The notes under the pieces were generated by a model that worked only from the letters and a program-made list of their open reading frames with translations, had not been told where the DNA came from and made no database searches. A stretch of DNA of 64,000 nucleotides from an uncultured Candidatus Saccharibacteria bacterium (lineage in GTDB: Bacteria > Patescibacteriota > Minisyncoccia > Phycocordibacterales > PALSA-1337). The position numbers were made by a program, and so were the translations under genes. The stretch covers positions 4,339 through 68,338 of the forward strand of contig CAZVQB010000002.1 of the NCBI GenBank assembly GCA_964629235.1. The letters are read 5' to 3'. Numbering within the stretch: position 1 is the first letter of the stretch; every line of letters begins with the position of its first letter. Positions 41,172-51,510 of the stretch are shown here, piece by piece.

Positions 41172-42560
41172 ATGAAAAATATATCCAAAAAGGCATTCAT
41201 TATCATATTTTTAATAATCGTATCCGTAAATTTCCTTTATTCTATATCATACAAGATAAAACCAGCTGTAGATGCTGAAGCATACGATGAAATTGCTACA
41301 AATATAGTTGAGCATGAACAATATAGATCAAGCTTCAATGTACCTATAGAACTTGATGGTTCAATAACAAGAATCGGTCCTGGGTATGAATTGTTCTTAG
41401 CAACAAATTATTTATTCTTTGGTAAACATCTTTGGATTATTTGGTTATTCCAAGCAATACTCTATGCTTTGACTATCGTAATGCTTGGTTTGATGAGTCT
41501 AAAGTTATTCCCTGTAATAAATCAAAATACAAAGATCCTTTATGGTTCAATGATTGTTTTTGGCTTACTCATCGATATAATTCAATTGAATGCAATGATA
41601 ATGACTGAATCCCTTTTCCTATTTCTTTTAACTCTTTCTTTCTTTATTTGGTCACAGATCTACAATCACGATCCGAAAATAAAATATGGATTATGGATCA
41701 TTCTAGGATTTGTCTTAGGATTATTAACCCTTACTCGTCCTACTGGATTATTAGTATTTATACTATTAAGTGGAGCAACAATATACAGAAAAAAGCTTGG
41801 TTCAATACTTGCTATATGTCTTATTACTATTCCATTTATCTTAATCCAAGTTCCTTGGTTTATAAGAAATTATCATGTTTATAATCAATTTATTTTTCAC
41901 TCTAGCGCTGATGGTCTGAATTTCTTAAGTGGCAACTATCCTGGCAATCATGGAGAATTTACTTCTGATTTTCCTTTTTATAAAGAATTAAAAGAGAAAT
42001 ACCCATCTCCAGTAGAATTAAATAATGAAGCAAAAAAATGGTATAAAGATTTTGTATTACATCACCCTATTCAAGCTACAAAAATACTAATTGAAAAAGC
42101 TTTAATATTCTTTTCTCTTACCAAGACTTCTGGTTTTTGGTTCCATTATTTTGGAAAGACTGATCAGATACTTACAATCCTCATATCAATACTACAAAAC
42201 TTTATAATACTTGGAAGTATTATATTGTATGGGACAATGGTTGTTAAAAGATGGATAAATAAACAATTCCTTCTACCAGACATATTTCTTGCTTCAACTT
42301 TTGTAGTATTGACCGTAACTCCAATAATTTCAGTTATAGCAAATAGACATAGACTTCCACTAGTTATAATGTCTCTGCCTTTATTCGCCTATGTTGCATA
42401 TATATTAAAAAATAACTTCAGAAAAATGAAATGGGAAATTGCTATTACGATTCTTATCCTTATCGCAAGTACTAGTCTAGATCTATTCTTACAATTCGAT
42501 AAATTCAAATCAAAAATACATTCAGTAAATAAAAGTCCAGTGGAAACAGTAACTAAATAA
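41172..42560 (+). CDS. GT-C fold membrane glycosyltransferase (ArnT/PMT-like, family 39/83-like)
   Basis: Polytopic membrane protein. The first extracytoplasmic loop holds the acidic motif AVDAEAYDEIA, similar to the GT-C DE/DxD loop-1 motif. Confidence 0.5.
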   Translation: MKNISKKAFIIIFLIIVSVNFLYSISYKIKPAVDAEAYDEIATNIVEHEQYRSSFNVPIELDGSITRIGPGYELFLATNYLFFGKHLWIIWLFQAILYALTIVMLGLMSLKLFPVINQNTKILYGSMIVFGLLIDIIQLNAMIMTESLFLFLLTLSFFIWSQIYNHDPKIKYGLWIILGFVLGLLTLTRPTGLLVFILLSGATIYRKKLGSILAICLITIPFILIQVPWFIRNYHVYNQFIFHSSADGLNFLSGNYPGNHGEFTSDFPFYKELKEKYPSPVELNNEAKKWYKDFVLHHPIQATKILIEKALIFFSLTKTSGFWFHYFGKTDQILTILISILQNFIILGSIILYGTMVVKRWINKQFLLPDIFLASTFVVLTVTPIISVIANRHRLPLVIMSLPLFAYVAYILKNNFRKMKWEIAITILILIASTSLDLFLQFDKFKSKIHSVNKSPVETVTK

Positions 42561-42563
42561 TTT

Positions 42564-44222
42564 ATGATTAAGAAAATAATCAAACATCCATTAAGTTATA
42601 TACTACTTTTTGCTTTTCTAATTCGTATAGTAATGATCAAATATGGTTTACCATTCTGGTTATACAATGATGAACCACCTTTTGTACTTACAACATTGAA
42701 GATGTTTCAATTAAAGACGCTTTTACCAGTTTTACATGAAGCTGATTTCAAGCCATTCATGTATTACCCTCCTTATATTAGTTATTTATATATTCCCTTC
42801 TTTTTATTTTCTATAGCACTATCATGGATTGGCTTTGATGGAAACCTCAGTGAATTACAGAATGTGTTAGCTAGCGATCCTTCGATATTTTTCCTAACAG
42901 CGAGAGTAATAATGATTTTTATTAGTACATTAACCATTTATTTAATATACAAAATAACTCAATCATTAACACAAAGTAAAACTGCATCGCTTTATTCTGC
43001 AATCCTTTCTTCAACAAGTTTAATGTTTATAAGCCTTTCAATCACAGGCAAACACTGGGTACCAATACTTTTCTTTTATACACTTTGTCTTTTTATACTT
43101 ACACGTCCGAATTGGTCTATTAAAAAAAGATATATATTTTCAGTAATTACTGTAGGTATTGGAACTGGCATAAGTACAATAGTAATTCTTTTCTCTGTAG
43201 TGATTTTCCTTTGGTATATCACGTACGATAAAGTAAGTATAAAAGAAAGTTTGACCAGTCTATTTATGTACAAACTTGGTTTTATTGTGGCTATTTTATC
43301 TTTTATTCCAGTTCTTCTTTACCCTGCAAGTCTTGGTTTCGTACCAGACACAACATTACATGGTGGCAAGACTCTTTTGGGCTTTATAACTAGTCCTTTT
43401 GTTTTTCCATTCCCTTTCATCGCTACTGAACCAGTTTTAGTACTACTCAGTCTTATTGGTTTATATCTCGGTCTTAAAAAATATAAACCGTTCTATGTGA
43501 CGTCTATTATTTTTACAGTGTTTTATAGCATGATATTCTATGTATTTTTCAGATTTGAATACCGTTTCCTTTTACCTCTCGTATTATTCTTAACGATTGG
43601 ATCTGCAATAGGAATAAATGAAATCAGGAATAAATATCCAAACAAATATTCCAAAATTTTTATTTATTTGATTCTTCTAATTCCAATATTATTCTCTTTA
43701 AGACTTAGTTATCTTGGTTATACAAATGATTCAAGAATAAAAGCAAAAGAATGGTTGAATGCTAATGCAGAAGCTCATGACAAGGTTATTGTCTATGCGA
43801 ATCTCATGAGAATAGCAAATAATAAAAGTGGGATACTGGAACAACAGTTCATCGATGCGAAATCATTAAGAACAAATGATAAAAATATGTTGAGTATTCG
43901 AGATGGTTTGATAAAAGAAAAAACATTCCATGCTTTGAATCTATACACAGTTGAGAACGACAATTTCTACAAAATGATTGATGTTTATGTAAAAAAGAAT
44001 GGTTATAAATATCTGATATTTAGTAAAAGAGATTTCTTAGATAAACCTGAACAATTTGAGTATGTTAAAAATCTTACAAAAGATGCTAAACTTATAGTAA
44101 GTTATGGTAATAATGAAAGTAACTATTCCCTTTCAAAAACTGAGATCGGACCTAGTTTATTACCTTTCTTTAGAATAAATGAATTCGGACCGGAGATAGA
44201 AATATATAAATTGAATGACTAA
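42564..44222 (+). CDS. GT-C fold membrane glycosyltransferase (ArnT/PMT-like) with a C-terminal periplasmic domain
   Basis: Polytopic membrane protein. Loop 1 reads WLYNDEPPF (DE motif), and a ~200-aa soluble domain is C-terminal. Confidence 0.5.
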   Translation: MIKKIIKHPLSYILLFAFLIRIVMIKYGLPFWLYNDEPPFVLTTLKMFQLKTLLPVLHEADFKPFMYYPPYISYLYIPFFLFSIALSWIGFDGNLSELQNVLASDPSIFFLTARVIMIFISTLTIYLIYKITQSLTQSKTASLYSAILSSTSLMFISLSITGKHWVPILFFYTLCLFILTRPNWSIKKRYIFSVITVGIGTGISTIVILFSVVIFLWYITYDKVSIKESLTSLFMYKLGFIVAILSFIPVLLYPASLGFVPDTTLHGGKTLLGFITSPFVFPFPFIATEPVLVLLSLIGLYLGLKKYKPFYVTSIIFTVFYSMIFYVFFRFEYRFLLPLVLFLTIGSAIGINEIRNKYPNKYSKIFIYLILLIPILFSLRLSYLGYTNDSRIKAKEWLNANAEAHDKVIVYANLMRIANNKSGILEQQFIDAKSLRTNDKNMLSIRDGLIKEKTFHALNLYTVENDNFYKMIDVYVKKNGYKYLIFSKRDFLDKPEQFEYVKNLTKDAKLIVSYGNNESNYSLSKTEIGPSLLPFFRINEFGPEIEIYKLND

Positions 44223-44986
44223 TGAAAATCACGATAATAATACCAACATACAATGAAGGTGAAGCAATCGGTAACTTACTCGATGCAGTTATTGCTGAAA
44301 CAAAAGAAATAAAGAATCATATATTTTCTATTCTTATCGTTGATGGGAATTCAAAAGACAATACTCAAGAGAATGTAAAAAACAAATCAAATAAATACAA
44401 CAATATAAAACTAATAGTTGAAAAAAATAAAAGTGGTCTTGGGAACGCATATTTAGAAGGAATGAATTATGCAATAAACAATCTTGGTGCGGATGCTTTC
44501 ATGGAATTTGATGGTGATTTCCAACACAATCCAAAAGATATAAAGAAGTTGGTGGAAAAACTAGATCAGGGATATGAATATATAATCGGATCAAGATATA
44601 TAAAAGGAGGAACTATCCCTAGGGAATGGCCTTGGTATAGAAAAGCTATTAGTTCATTCGGAAATATTGTAATAAGTGTAGGATTAAGACTTGGAATAAA
44701 TGACGCAACTTCAGGATTCAAACTATCGACGGTTGATAAATTTAAAGACTCGATGCCATTAAAACAAGGACAATTGATCTCTCTTCGACATGCATATAAG
44801 ATTCATTTTCTTTATAATATGATAAAAGCTGGAGCAAAAACAGTAGAGGTACCTATAGAATTCTTAAATCGGAATAAAGGAATATCAAAAAGTACCTTCG
44901 AAGATATAATAGAATCACTAAGAGTTGTTTTCGTTTTGATTATTAAGGGTGGGAATAATCGCATTGTTTTTAAAAATAAACCTTGA
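44222..44986 (+). CDS. GT2 polyprenyl-phosphate sugar synthase (Dpm1/ArnC/GtrB-like)
   Basis: ITIIIPTYNEGEAIGNLL, DGNSKDNT, DGDFQHNPKDI and the C-terminal amphipathic/TM segment are typical of Dol-P/Und-P-sugar synthases. Confidence 0.8.
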   Translation: MKITIIIPTYNEGEAIGNLLDAVIAETKEIKNHIFSILIVDGNSKDNTQENVKNKSNKYNNIKLIVEKNKSGLGNAYLEGMNYAINNLGADAFMEFDGDFQHNPKDIKKLVEKLDQGYEYIIGSRYIKGGTIPREWPWYRKAISSFGNIVISVGLRLGINDATSGFKLSTVDKFKDSMPLKQGQLISLRHAYKIHFLYNMIKAGAKTVEVPIEFLNRNKGISKSTFEDIIESLRVVFVLIIKGGNNRIVFKNKP

Positions 44987-45349
44987 ATAGATATAGTAAC
45001 TACTTATAGCGAGTAGACCTGAAGCTAGTATTTGACTTAAGAAATAATGAATATGGAAATGATCTACAAATAAATACATTAAAAGTGTATTTATACCAAG
45101 ATTCGCACTCGAGACAATAAAATAGATAGTTGCTTGTTTATGAACTCCTTCGGTACTCTTATCTTGGAATGTCCAAAACTTTTGTAACATAAAACTAACA
45201 GAAAATGCTATTAGAAAAGCTAAGACAGCAGATATCAGATAGTTTATTTTAAAAATATCAACAAATATTGCCAAGAAAGCCAGGTCAACAATGGCAGCGG
45301 TTCCGCCAGATATAATATATTTTATTGTTTTAATTATTTTGGTTCTCAT
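44918..45349 (-). CDS. GtrA-family small membrane protein (polyprenyl-phosphate-sugar flippase component)
   Basis: The 143-aa ORF has 4 TM helices and carries YIISGGTAAIVDLAFLAIFV...LQKFWTF. Confidence 0.75.
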   Translation of the reverse strand: MRTKIIKTIKYIISGGTAAIVDLAFLAIFVDIFKINYLISAVLAFLIAFSVSFMLQKFWTFQDKSTEGVHKQATIYFIVSSANLGINTLLMYLFVDHFHIHYFLSQILASGLLAISSYYIYSRFIFKNNAIIPTLNNQNENNS

Positions 45350-46035
45350 TGCTTAACAATCACACACTGACCTACTGTAGTAATTATAGGTATCTCTTTT
45401 TTATCAATTAGAAATTCATCTAATGCCTTCTTAACTCCTGGAGTATTTTTACCCATATAGTCATCGAAGAACATGAATCCTCCTTTTAACATTTTTGGAT
45501 AAAAGAAATTTAGTGAATCAAGTGTTGATTGATAGATATCGACATCGATATAAACAAAAGAAAAATTTTCATTTTGTGCTGGAGCACTTGTATCTGGAAA
45601 AAAACCTGGACAAAAAACTATATCTTTTGCATCCTTAAAAATTTCTTTTACACCTTCCAAAGAAGTATTTATAAAATCACCTTCTTTATGTAAATCAATT
45701 TTTTCATTTACTTTTGGCATTCCTTTGAAAGTATCAAAAAGATAAAACTTCTTACCATTTCCCTCTTTTGCATGAGCTATAAGTCTCGCTGATCCACCAC
45801 GGAATACTCCTACTTGAGCCATTGCTCCAGGGAAACGTTTAGCCTGTCTTGCGAATTGCCAAAGCATAAACAATCTATCTCTTTCAAGCATTGTATATGG
45901 ACTTACTTTTTTATAAGCATTCTCAAAATCACTATCCTTCGCCCAAGAAATAAAATCCATCCTTACATCTGTGCGAGTAATAGTATAACCTGTTTTCTCA
46001 ATTATTCCTTTAATTAAATCTTTTATTTTTTTCAT
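45346..46035 (-). CDS. TylF/MycF-like sugar O-methyltransferase (class I SAM-dependent methyltransferase)
   Basis: FSFVYIDVDIYQSTLDSLNFFYPKMLKGGFMFFDDY, the macrocin-O-methyltransferase family signature. Confidence 0.65.
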   Translation of the reverse strand: MKKIKDLIKGIIEKTGYTITRTDVRMDFISWAKDSDFENAYKKVSPYTMLERDRLFMLWQFARQAKRFPGAMAQVGVFRGGSARLIAHAKEGNGKKFYLFDTFKGMPKVNEKIDLHKEGDFINTSLEGVKEIFKDAKDIVFCPGFFPDTSAPAQNENFSFVYIDVDIYQSTLDSLNFFYPKMLKGGFMFFDDYMGKNTPGVKKALDEFLIDKKEIPIITTVGQCVIVKQ

Positions 46036-46625
46036 TTTATTGCATATAAATAATAACCGTAAGTTGTTGTTCGCTTTGCTGTACCAAAAATTTTATCAAG
46101 AATAGTTGATACTGGATGCAAAATAAATTTCAATTTATGTTGCATTGGAAAAAAGAAGGATAAAGTCTTAAAGTATCCACCTGCTTTGATAAGTTCAACT
46201 TTAGAAAAGCCTTCGAACATAAATAACAGTGAATCATCAAAAAATCTCCAATAGTCAGGATATGAGCCTTTTCTTGCATGGTATGGATATATAGAAGGTA
46301 CATAAACAAATATCTTACCTCCTCTTTTCAATACCCTTTTAAGCTCCAAAACTGCTCTAATAGGGTCTTTTACATGCTCAAGTACAGAACTACATATTAT
46401 CGCATCTACACTTTCGTCTTTTAGTGGTATTGCATGTATATCACCAACAACATCTGCACCTGTACGTGCATCATAATCCATGGTTTTATAATCACTATTT
46501 TTAAAAAGATCTTTATATGGTTCAAGCCATTTTTGGAATCGATCACCTCCTCCAATATCAAGAACTATTTTCTCTTTACTAATCAAAACCATTTTTTCAT
46601 CAATAAATTTTTGATAATGTGTCAT
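46032..46625 (-). CDS. Class I SAM-dependent methyltransferase (Methyltransf_11-like)
   Basis: VLDIGGGD motif I and an acidic motif II (DAIICSSVLEH). Confidence 0.65.
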   Translation of the reverse strand: MTHYQKFIDEKMVLISKEKIVLDIGGGDRFQKWLEPYKDLFKNSDYKTMDYDARTGADVVGDIHAIPLKDESVDAIICSSVLEHVKDPIRAVLELKRVLKRGGKIFVYVPSIYPYHARKGSYPDYWRFFDDSLLFMFEGFSKVELIKAGGYFKTLSFFFPMQHKLKFILHPVSTILDKIFGTAKRTTTYGYYLYAIK

Positions 46626-46629
46626 ATAT

Positions 46630-47319
46630 TTATTTTGTAAATCTTGTCCTTATAATAGTACCGAGTATCATGAATCCATGCTTCCAATTTATTTTCTTAC
46701 CTTCTGAATAACTTCGTGGGTTGTAATGTATTGGTACATCTACAGTCTTATATCCCATTTTCAAAGCCTTACAAACTAACTCGTTCTCATAATCAAAACT
46801 ATTTGCCTTAACATCGATTTTTCTTGCCAATTCTTTTGATATAGCTTTATAGCATCCCTCATATTCACCTGCATTATTTAAAAATAAAATATTTGTAAGC
46901 CAAGTAATTGTAAAGTTCCCTATTGTGCCAAGAAAATACAATAATTTTCTCCCTGTATGTCGATCTTCGATTCTAACCCCTAGAGTCAATTCAGTTTTAC
47001 CATCTAGTATCGGTTGAATGACGGCTTTAAAATCATTTGGATCATATTCTAGATCTGCATCTTGTATGATAAATATATCTCCTGTCGCTTCTTTAAATCC
47101 TCTTTTTACTGCCGCACCTTTTCCTGGAATGGTTTCTTTAACAACTTTTACCCCCTGTATTGAACTCGCAATATTATAAGTATTATCTTTTGAATTATTA
47201 TCAACAATAATAATCTCTCTTTCTAGATTCCCAATATCGGCTTTTTTAACCAATTCCACTATCTGTTGAATTGTCTTTTCTTCATTATATGCAGGAATAA
47301 CGATGGAAAGTTTTTTCAT
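46630..47319 (-). CDS. Glycosyltransferase family 2
   Basis: [22 protein letters not shown] and [10 protein letters not shown] (DxD). Confidence 0.75.
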   Translation of the reverse strand: MKKLSIVIPAYNEEKTIQQIVELVKKADIGNLEREIIIVDNNSKDNTYNIASSIQGVKVVKETIPGKGAAVKRGFKEATGDIFIIQDADLEYDPNDFKAVIQPILDGKTELTLGVRIEDRHTGRKLLYFLGTIGNFTITWLTNILFLNNAGEYEGCYKAISKELARKIDVKANSFDYENELVCKALKMGYKTVDVPIHYNPRSYSEGKKINWKHGFMILGTIIRTRFTK

Positions 47320-48455
47320 ATTTTTTTACCTATTATAACATCTTTAACTATTGATATATGAGTATCATTAACTACATCCCAAGATTGATTTAATGGCAAT
47401 GAATTCACAATTTCCACCATATTTGGATAGTAATTTTTATCGAACATATTTAGCATTTTATTCTCCAATTCTTTTTTATCGTATGGATCAAATAAAAATT
47501 CTTCTGGAAGAGTGACTGAAAGACCATTACCTTTTGTAAGAAGCACTGGTTTACCCAAAGAAAGAGATTCGAGTATAAAGTTTGGATTAAACTCCGAAAG
47601 AGCTGGTCCAATACACACGGTTGAGTTCCTAATATAGTCAAACAATTCACTTTGTGGAACTGAATCTTTAAAAATCACCATTTCTTTTATTCCCATTTTT
47701 TCGACCAGGTCCACTAGTTTATTTTTATCTGGCCCATTTCCGACCAAAACAAACTTTCCTTTACCAATCTTTTTTATAATATTGCTAAATACTTCAATAA
47801 CTAATTCTAGATTTTTATAACTAACAAATCTTCCTGCAAAAAGTAGCGTCGGTATGTCTTGTATTTGAGGACTGGCTTTTTCTTTTCTTACTACGGGATT
47901 TTTAACTATTATTATTTTGTTTGGATTTGCATCATAATAATTTACATAAAAATCTTTAAAGAATTGACCGTAAACTATAACTCTGTCCGCTCTTTTTATA
48001 ATAAATTTTATTAATTTGTATAGAATTGGCTTATCTACTTTATATAATCCTTGCTTATAATAATCATCAATAGTTATAAACCTCTTCCCCATTTCAACTG
48101 TCCTTTCCCAGATGGGGTCACCTCCAATTCTTATGATAAAAGGCTTCCTAAAGATGATTGATGCTAGACACGCTGGTAATCCAGCAGCAGTAGGGTCGAA
48201 AGCGTATATGGCTTTACTAGTAATTGCTTTATACTTGATTATTGAATAATAGCAGAGCCACTGCAAAACTTTTGGCAAACGTCTAGAAACTCGAATAACT
48301 TTGAATGGAAATTGCCTATTGGTTTTATCATCTCCATAAGCAACCACAGTTACATCGAAACCATTTGCTTGCATAGCTTCTGCTATTTTTAAAACATGTA
48401 TAGCAGGGCCTCCAACATCAGGATAAAAGATTCCAGCGGCGAATAAGATTTTCAT
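47316..48455 (-). CDS. Glycosyltransferase family 4 (GT-B, Glycos_transf_1)
   Basis: N-terminal [20 protein letters not shown] and C-terminal E-x7-E-like region ([16 protein letters not shown]). Confidence 0.7.
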   Translation of the reverse strand: MKILFAAGIFYPDVGGPAIHVLKIAEAMQANGFDVTVVAYGDDKTNRQFPFKVIRVSRRLPKVLQWLCYYSIIKYKAITSKAIYAFDPTAAGLPACLASIIFRKPFIIRIGGDPIWERTVEMGKRFITIDDYYKQGLYKVDKPILYKLIKFIIKRADRVIVYGQFFKDFYVNYYDANPNKIIIVKNPVVRKEKASPQIQDIPTLLFAGRFVSYKNLELVIEVFSNIIKKIGKGKFVLVGNGPDKNKLVDLVEKMGIKEMVIFKDSVPQSELFDYIRNSTVCIGPALSEFNPNFILESLSLGKPVLLTKGNGLSVTLPEEFLFDPYDKKELENKMLNMFDKNYYPNMVEIVNSLPLNQSWDVVNDTHISIVKDVIIGKKI

Positions 48456-48501
48456 ATATTTATGCTTGTCACCTTAATAATATTGTCATACTATATCAAA
48501 C

Positions 48502-49410
48502 ATGAATGAAAAACTAAACCTAGCAATTATCGGTATAGGTAGATGGGGTAAAAACCTGACAGATACTTTTAGTAAACAGAATGTAAATATTAAATACTGC
48601 TTCCACAACGGTTCTGCAGAAAATACAAAATGGATAAATGAAAAATACCCAAATATTATATTAGCAAAAAACTATGAAGAAATACTTGAAGACAAAACTG
48701 TCGACACAATCGTCATAGCAACACCAATAAAGACTCATTTCGAACTTGCAAAAAAAGCACTTGAAGCAAAAAAGAATGTATTTATAGAAAAGCCAGGAAC
48801 TCAGACGATTGAAGAATTCGAAGAATTAAAAAAGATTCAAAAAGAAAATGATTCTATCGTTACAATTGGTTACGTCTTTATTCATCACCCGATTTGTAAC
48901 CATATAAATAAAATATTGAGAGATGAAAAAATCACCAGCATACATTTTGAATGGAATAAATGGGGATCTTTCGGTGAAGATATTATTGAAAACTTGGTTA
49001 CTCATGAAATATCAATATTAAAATATTTAGGAATTGATATAGATACAAAAACATTATCGATTACGAATCATCCACATATAACAAAAAGTGATATATTCAT
49101 TCTTGAAGCAAAAAGTACACAGGGTGTTCACGTATCAATAAATATAAACAGGGTTAGTCAAGAAAAAAGAAAATCTATCACTATTAAAACAGATAAAAAT
49201 TCGTACATTTGGACTAATAACGAACTAAAGAAAATTAATACGAATCAAAATACCGACAATATTGAAGTTAACAATACCACAGCCTTAGACCTGGAAATAT
49301 CAAACTTTATAAATGATATTAAGAATCATACAAATCCCCTAGTAGATATCGATTTTTCAATTGATATATTAAAGACTATTTCTTTTTTAAAAGATTCAAA
49401 ACATCTTTAG
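48502..49410 (+). CDS. Gfo/Idh/MocA-family NAD(P)-dependent oxidoreductase
   Basis: LAIIGIGRWGKN Rossmann N-terminus, with EKP as the catalytic-lysine context. Confidence 0.65.
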   Translation: MNEKLNLAIIGIGRWGKNLTDTFSKQNVNIKYCFHNGSAENTKWINEKYPNIILAKNYEEILEDKTVDTIVIATPIKTHFELAKKALEAKKNVFIEKPGTQTIEEFEELKKIQKENDSIVTIGYVFIHHPICNHINKILRDEKITSIHFEWNKWGSFGEDIIENLVTHEISILKYLGIDIDTKTLSITNHPHITKSDIFILEAKSTQGVHVSININRVSQEKRKSITIKTDKNSYIWTNNELKKINTNQNTDNIEVNNTTALDLEISNFINDIKNHTNPLVDIDFSIDILKTISFLKDSKHL

Positions 49411-50422
49411 CTGCTTGAACGCAATTACCTATTTTCCCAGAGAAAACTTGTATTAAACGTTTATTAAGTCTATTTACGACCGTAGGCCGTTCATCTGTTT
49501 TGTCTTTATTTGGCAATACAGTTCTTATCGTATACATTGAACCGATATGCTCAGCTTTTGCCATATCAGGGATTATCTCTGAAGCAGATTTCAAGAATTT
49601 CTTTATATTTGTTACTGGAGGATTCTTTATTAGACCTTTATTTAAAAGTGGAATTATTTTTTTGGGTATTTTTGGATAATATCCATTGTTTGTAGAATGT
49701 ATAGCATGCACTACATTCCCCATAAAATGTAGATCTGTTCTACCAAAAGGATCAATACAGAAAAACGGTCCATCCAATACTACAATACTTTTCTTTCTAT
49801 ATTCATCTGGCAATTTTATAAGGGGTTTTTCACAAACCTCAAATTGATATTCTTTATGATTTTTTTTATCTTCAATAACAGAATTTAGACTTGCATAAGT
49901 ACAATTTATAATATAATCATGATCGCTTGAGCCGTATGAAAAAATAGTATCAGTGTAAATTTTGACTTTATTTTTTATTAAACGCTCACGAACCGTTTCT
50001 TTAAGTTTCGGATAATCAATTATTGATTCTTTAACCTTAACTAATAGATCGATTTTATCTTTTTTATGATAAGGTAAATCTGCAATTTCAAAATCTAAAT
50101 CACATCTTTTGCAGAAATCCATAAACTGTTTACCTGTAACTTTACTCCCTTGTGATGCAATGCAATAGTAATGTTCATTATCAGTAACAACAGAGTCCTT
50201 ATACTCTTTCTTGAAAGAAATTTCAGCATCTCTAGAGGATATAGCTGTCTCATCACTTCTTGGATAATGATAGCCTATATGAAGACGAAATTGATTGGCA
50301 CCAGAAGCACCCATCATAATATCTGATTCTTTTTCAAATAATTCAACCTTAAAACCCTTTTCCGCGAGTTTAATTGCAGTAGTTGTACCGAATATTCCAG
50401 CTCCGACAACAGCGATTTTCAT
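49376..50422 (-). CDS. FAD-dependent oxidoreductase
   Basis: MKIAVVGAGIFGTTTAIKLAEKGFKVELFEKE dinucleotide-binding motif. Confidence 0.55.
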   Translation of the reverse strand: MKIAVVGAGIFGTTTAIKLAEKGFKVELFEKESDIMMGASGANQFRLHIGYHYPRSDETAISSRDAEISFKKEYKDSVVTDNEHYYCIASQGSKVTGKQFMDFCKRCDLDFEIADLPYHKKDKIDLLVKVKESIIDYPKLKETVRERLIKNKVKIYTDTIFSYGSSDHDYIINCTYASLNSVIEDKKNHKEYQFEVCEKPLIKLPDEYRKKSIVVLDGPFFCIDPFGRTDLHFMGNVVHAIHSTNNGYYPKIPKKIIPLLNKGLIKNPPVTNIKKFLKSASEIIPDMAKAEHIGSMYTIRTVLPNKDKTDERPTVVNRLNKRLIQVFSGKIGNCVQAAKDVLNLLKKK

Positions 50423-51510
50423 TTTATATTATCTAAAATTTTTGTAGCAATATCTTCACTTGTCCAATTCACAATAGTTGCACCAACATCCTTTGCAATA
50501 CCTACATCAGTCGAAATTATTTTGCAATTATTCGCTTCAGCCTCTTTAAAAGTAAGTCCATAACCTTCATACCATGAACAAACCAGAAAAACATCACAAC
50601 CTCGATAGTATGGAGTCAAATCAGTCTGCCACCCTTCAAATACAATATTTTTTGATATTTTTAAAATTTCAGATCTTCTTTTAAGATAATCTTGCATTGT
50701 TCCCGAACCAACTATCACGAGTCCTGTATCAGGCTTTTTAGCCAAAACAATCTTCATCGCATCTATAGCCATTGAGAAATTCTTTTCAGCTTCGATCCTT
50801 GAAATCATAAGAATAATGTTCTTAAATTGAGGAAATTTCTCTTTTAAAACAAAAGATGTTTTATCATTCTTTATATAATCAATATTTATATCTATAGGTT
50901 TTACTATTATATCTTCCGGATTAAATCCTCTTTTAACAAGTGAATCAGCTATTTTATTCGATACCACTCTTATTATATTTGCATGATTTAAAGTAAAACG
51001 AGATATAAAAAGTCTTATTCTATTTAAAATAGAATTTAAAATACCGATTCTTGCATCAATAAAGTACGGACTATACAAATCAGTATGAATTTGTACCAAC
51101 AATTCTGAATTCTTTCTTTTACTATTTAAACATTTACCCACTAAAGCAGTTTCAAAAGGGTCCTGACAAGTTATAAGTATTGGTATCTCTGGATTGATTT
51201 CATCAATAATCTTTACACCAATCTTTCTTGCATCACTTACATAATTCCATCTTACAAATGATTTTGTAGAATAGACTTTACAATTTTGAGCAATTTCCTT
51301 ATCTTCTATTTTTGAATCTGAAAAGACGATAATATGTAATTCTTTATACTGCTTTGAATATTCGAGCATTCTTTGTCTGACGACACTTTTCTCTACAAGT
51401 ATTTGTCTATCAGTTGAAACCATTATCACCGAATGATTGGAATAGTCTTTATATGTTGTTTTGTAGACATTATTTGATTCTTTCATAAATTGAAATGATT
51501 TCATTCCCAA
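50419..51510 (-). CDS. Glycosyltransferase family 4
   Basis: The C-terminal motif EGYGLTFKEAEANNCKIISTDVG is the GT4 E-x7-E. Confidence 0.7.
   Translation of the reverse strand: MGMKSFQFMKESNNVYKTTYKDYSNHSVIMVSTDRQILVEKSVVRQRMLEYSKQYKELHIIVFSDSKIEDKEIAQNCKVYSTKSFVRWNYVSDARKIGVKIIDEINPEIPILITCQDPFETALVGKCLNSKRKNSELLVQIHTDLYSPYFIDARIGILNSILNRIRLFISRFTLNHANIIRVVSNKIADSLVKRGFNPEDIIVKPIDINIDYIKNDKTSFVLKEKFPQFKNIILMISRIEAEKNFSMAIDAMKIVLAKKPDTGLVIVGSGTMQDYLKRRSEILKISKNIVFEGWQTDLTPYYRGCDVFLVCSWYEGYGLTFKEAEANNCKIISTDVGIAKDVGATIVNWTSEDIATKILDNIK

Noticed and set aside
44918-44986. The 69-bp convergent overlap of the GT2 and GtrA ORFs considered as evidence of a mis-assembly or pseudogene
   Set aside because: Both proteins are full-length with intact family motifs. 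Convergent overlaps of this size occur in compact genomes. It is kept only as a note under the three-component finding.
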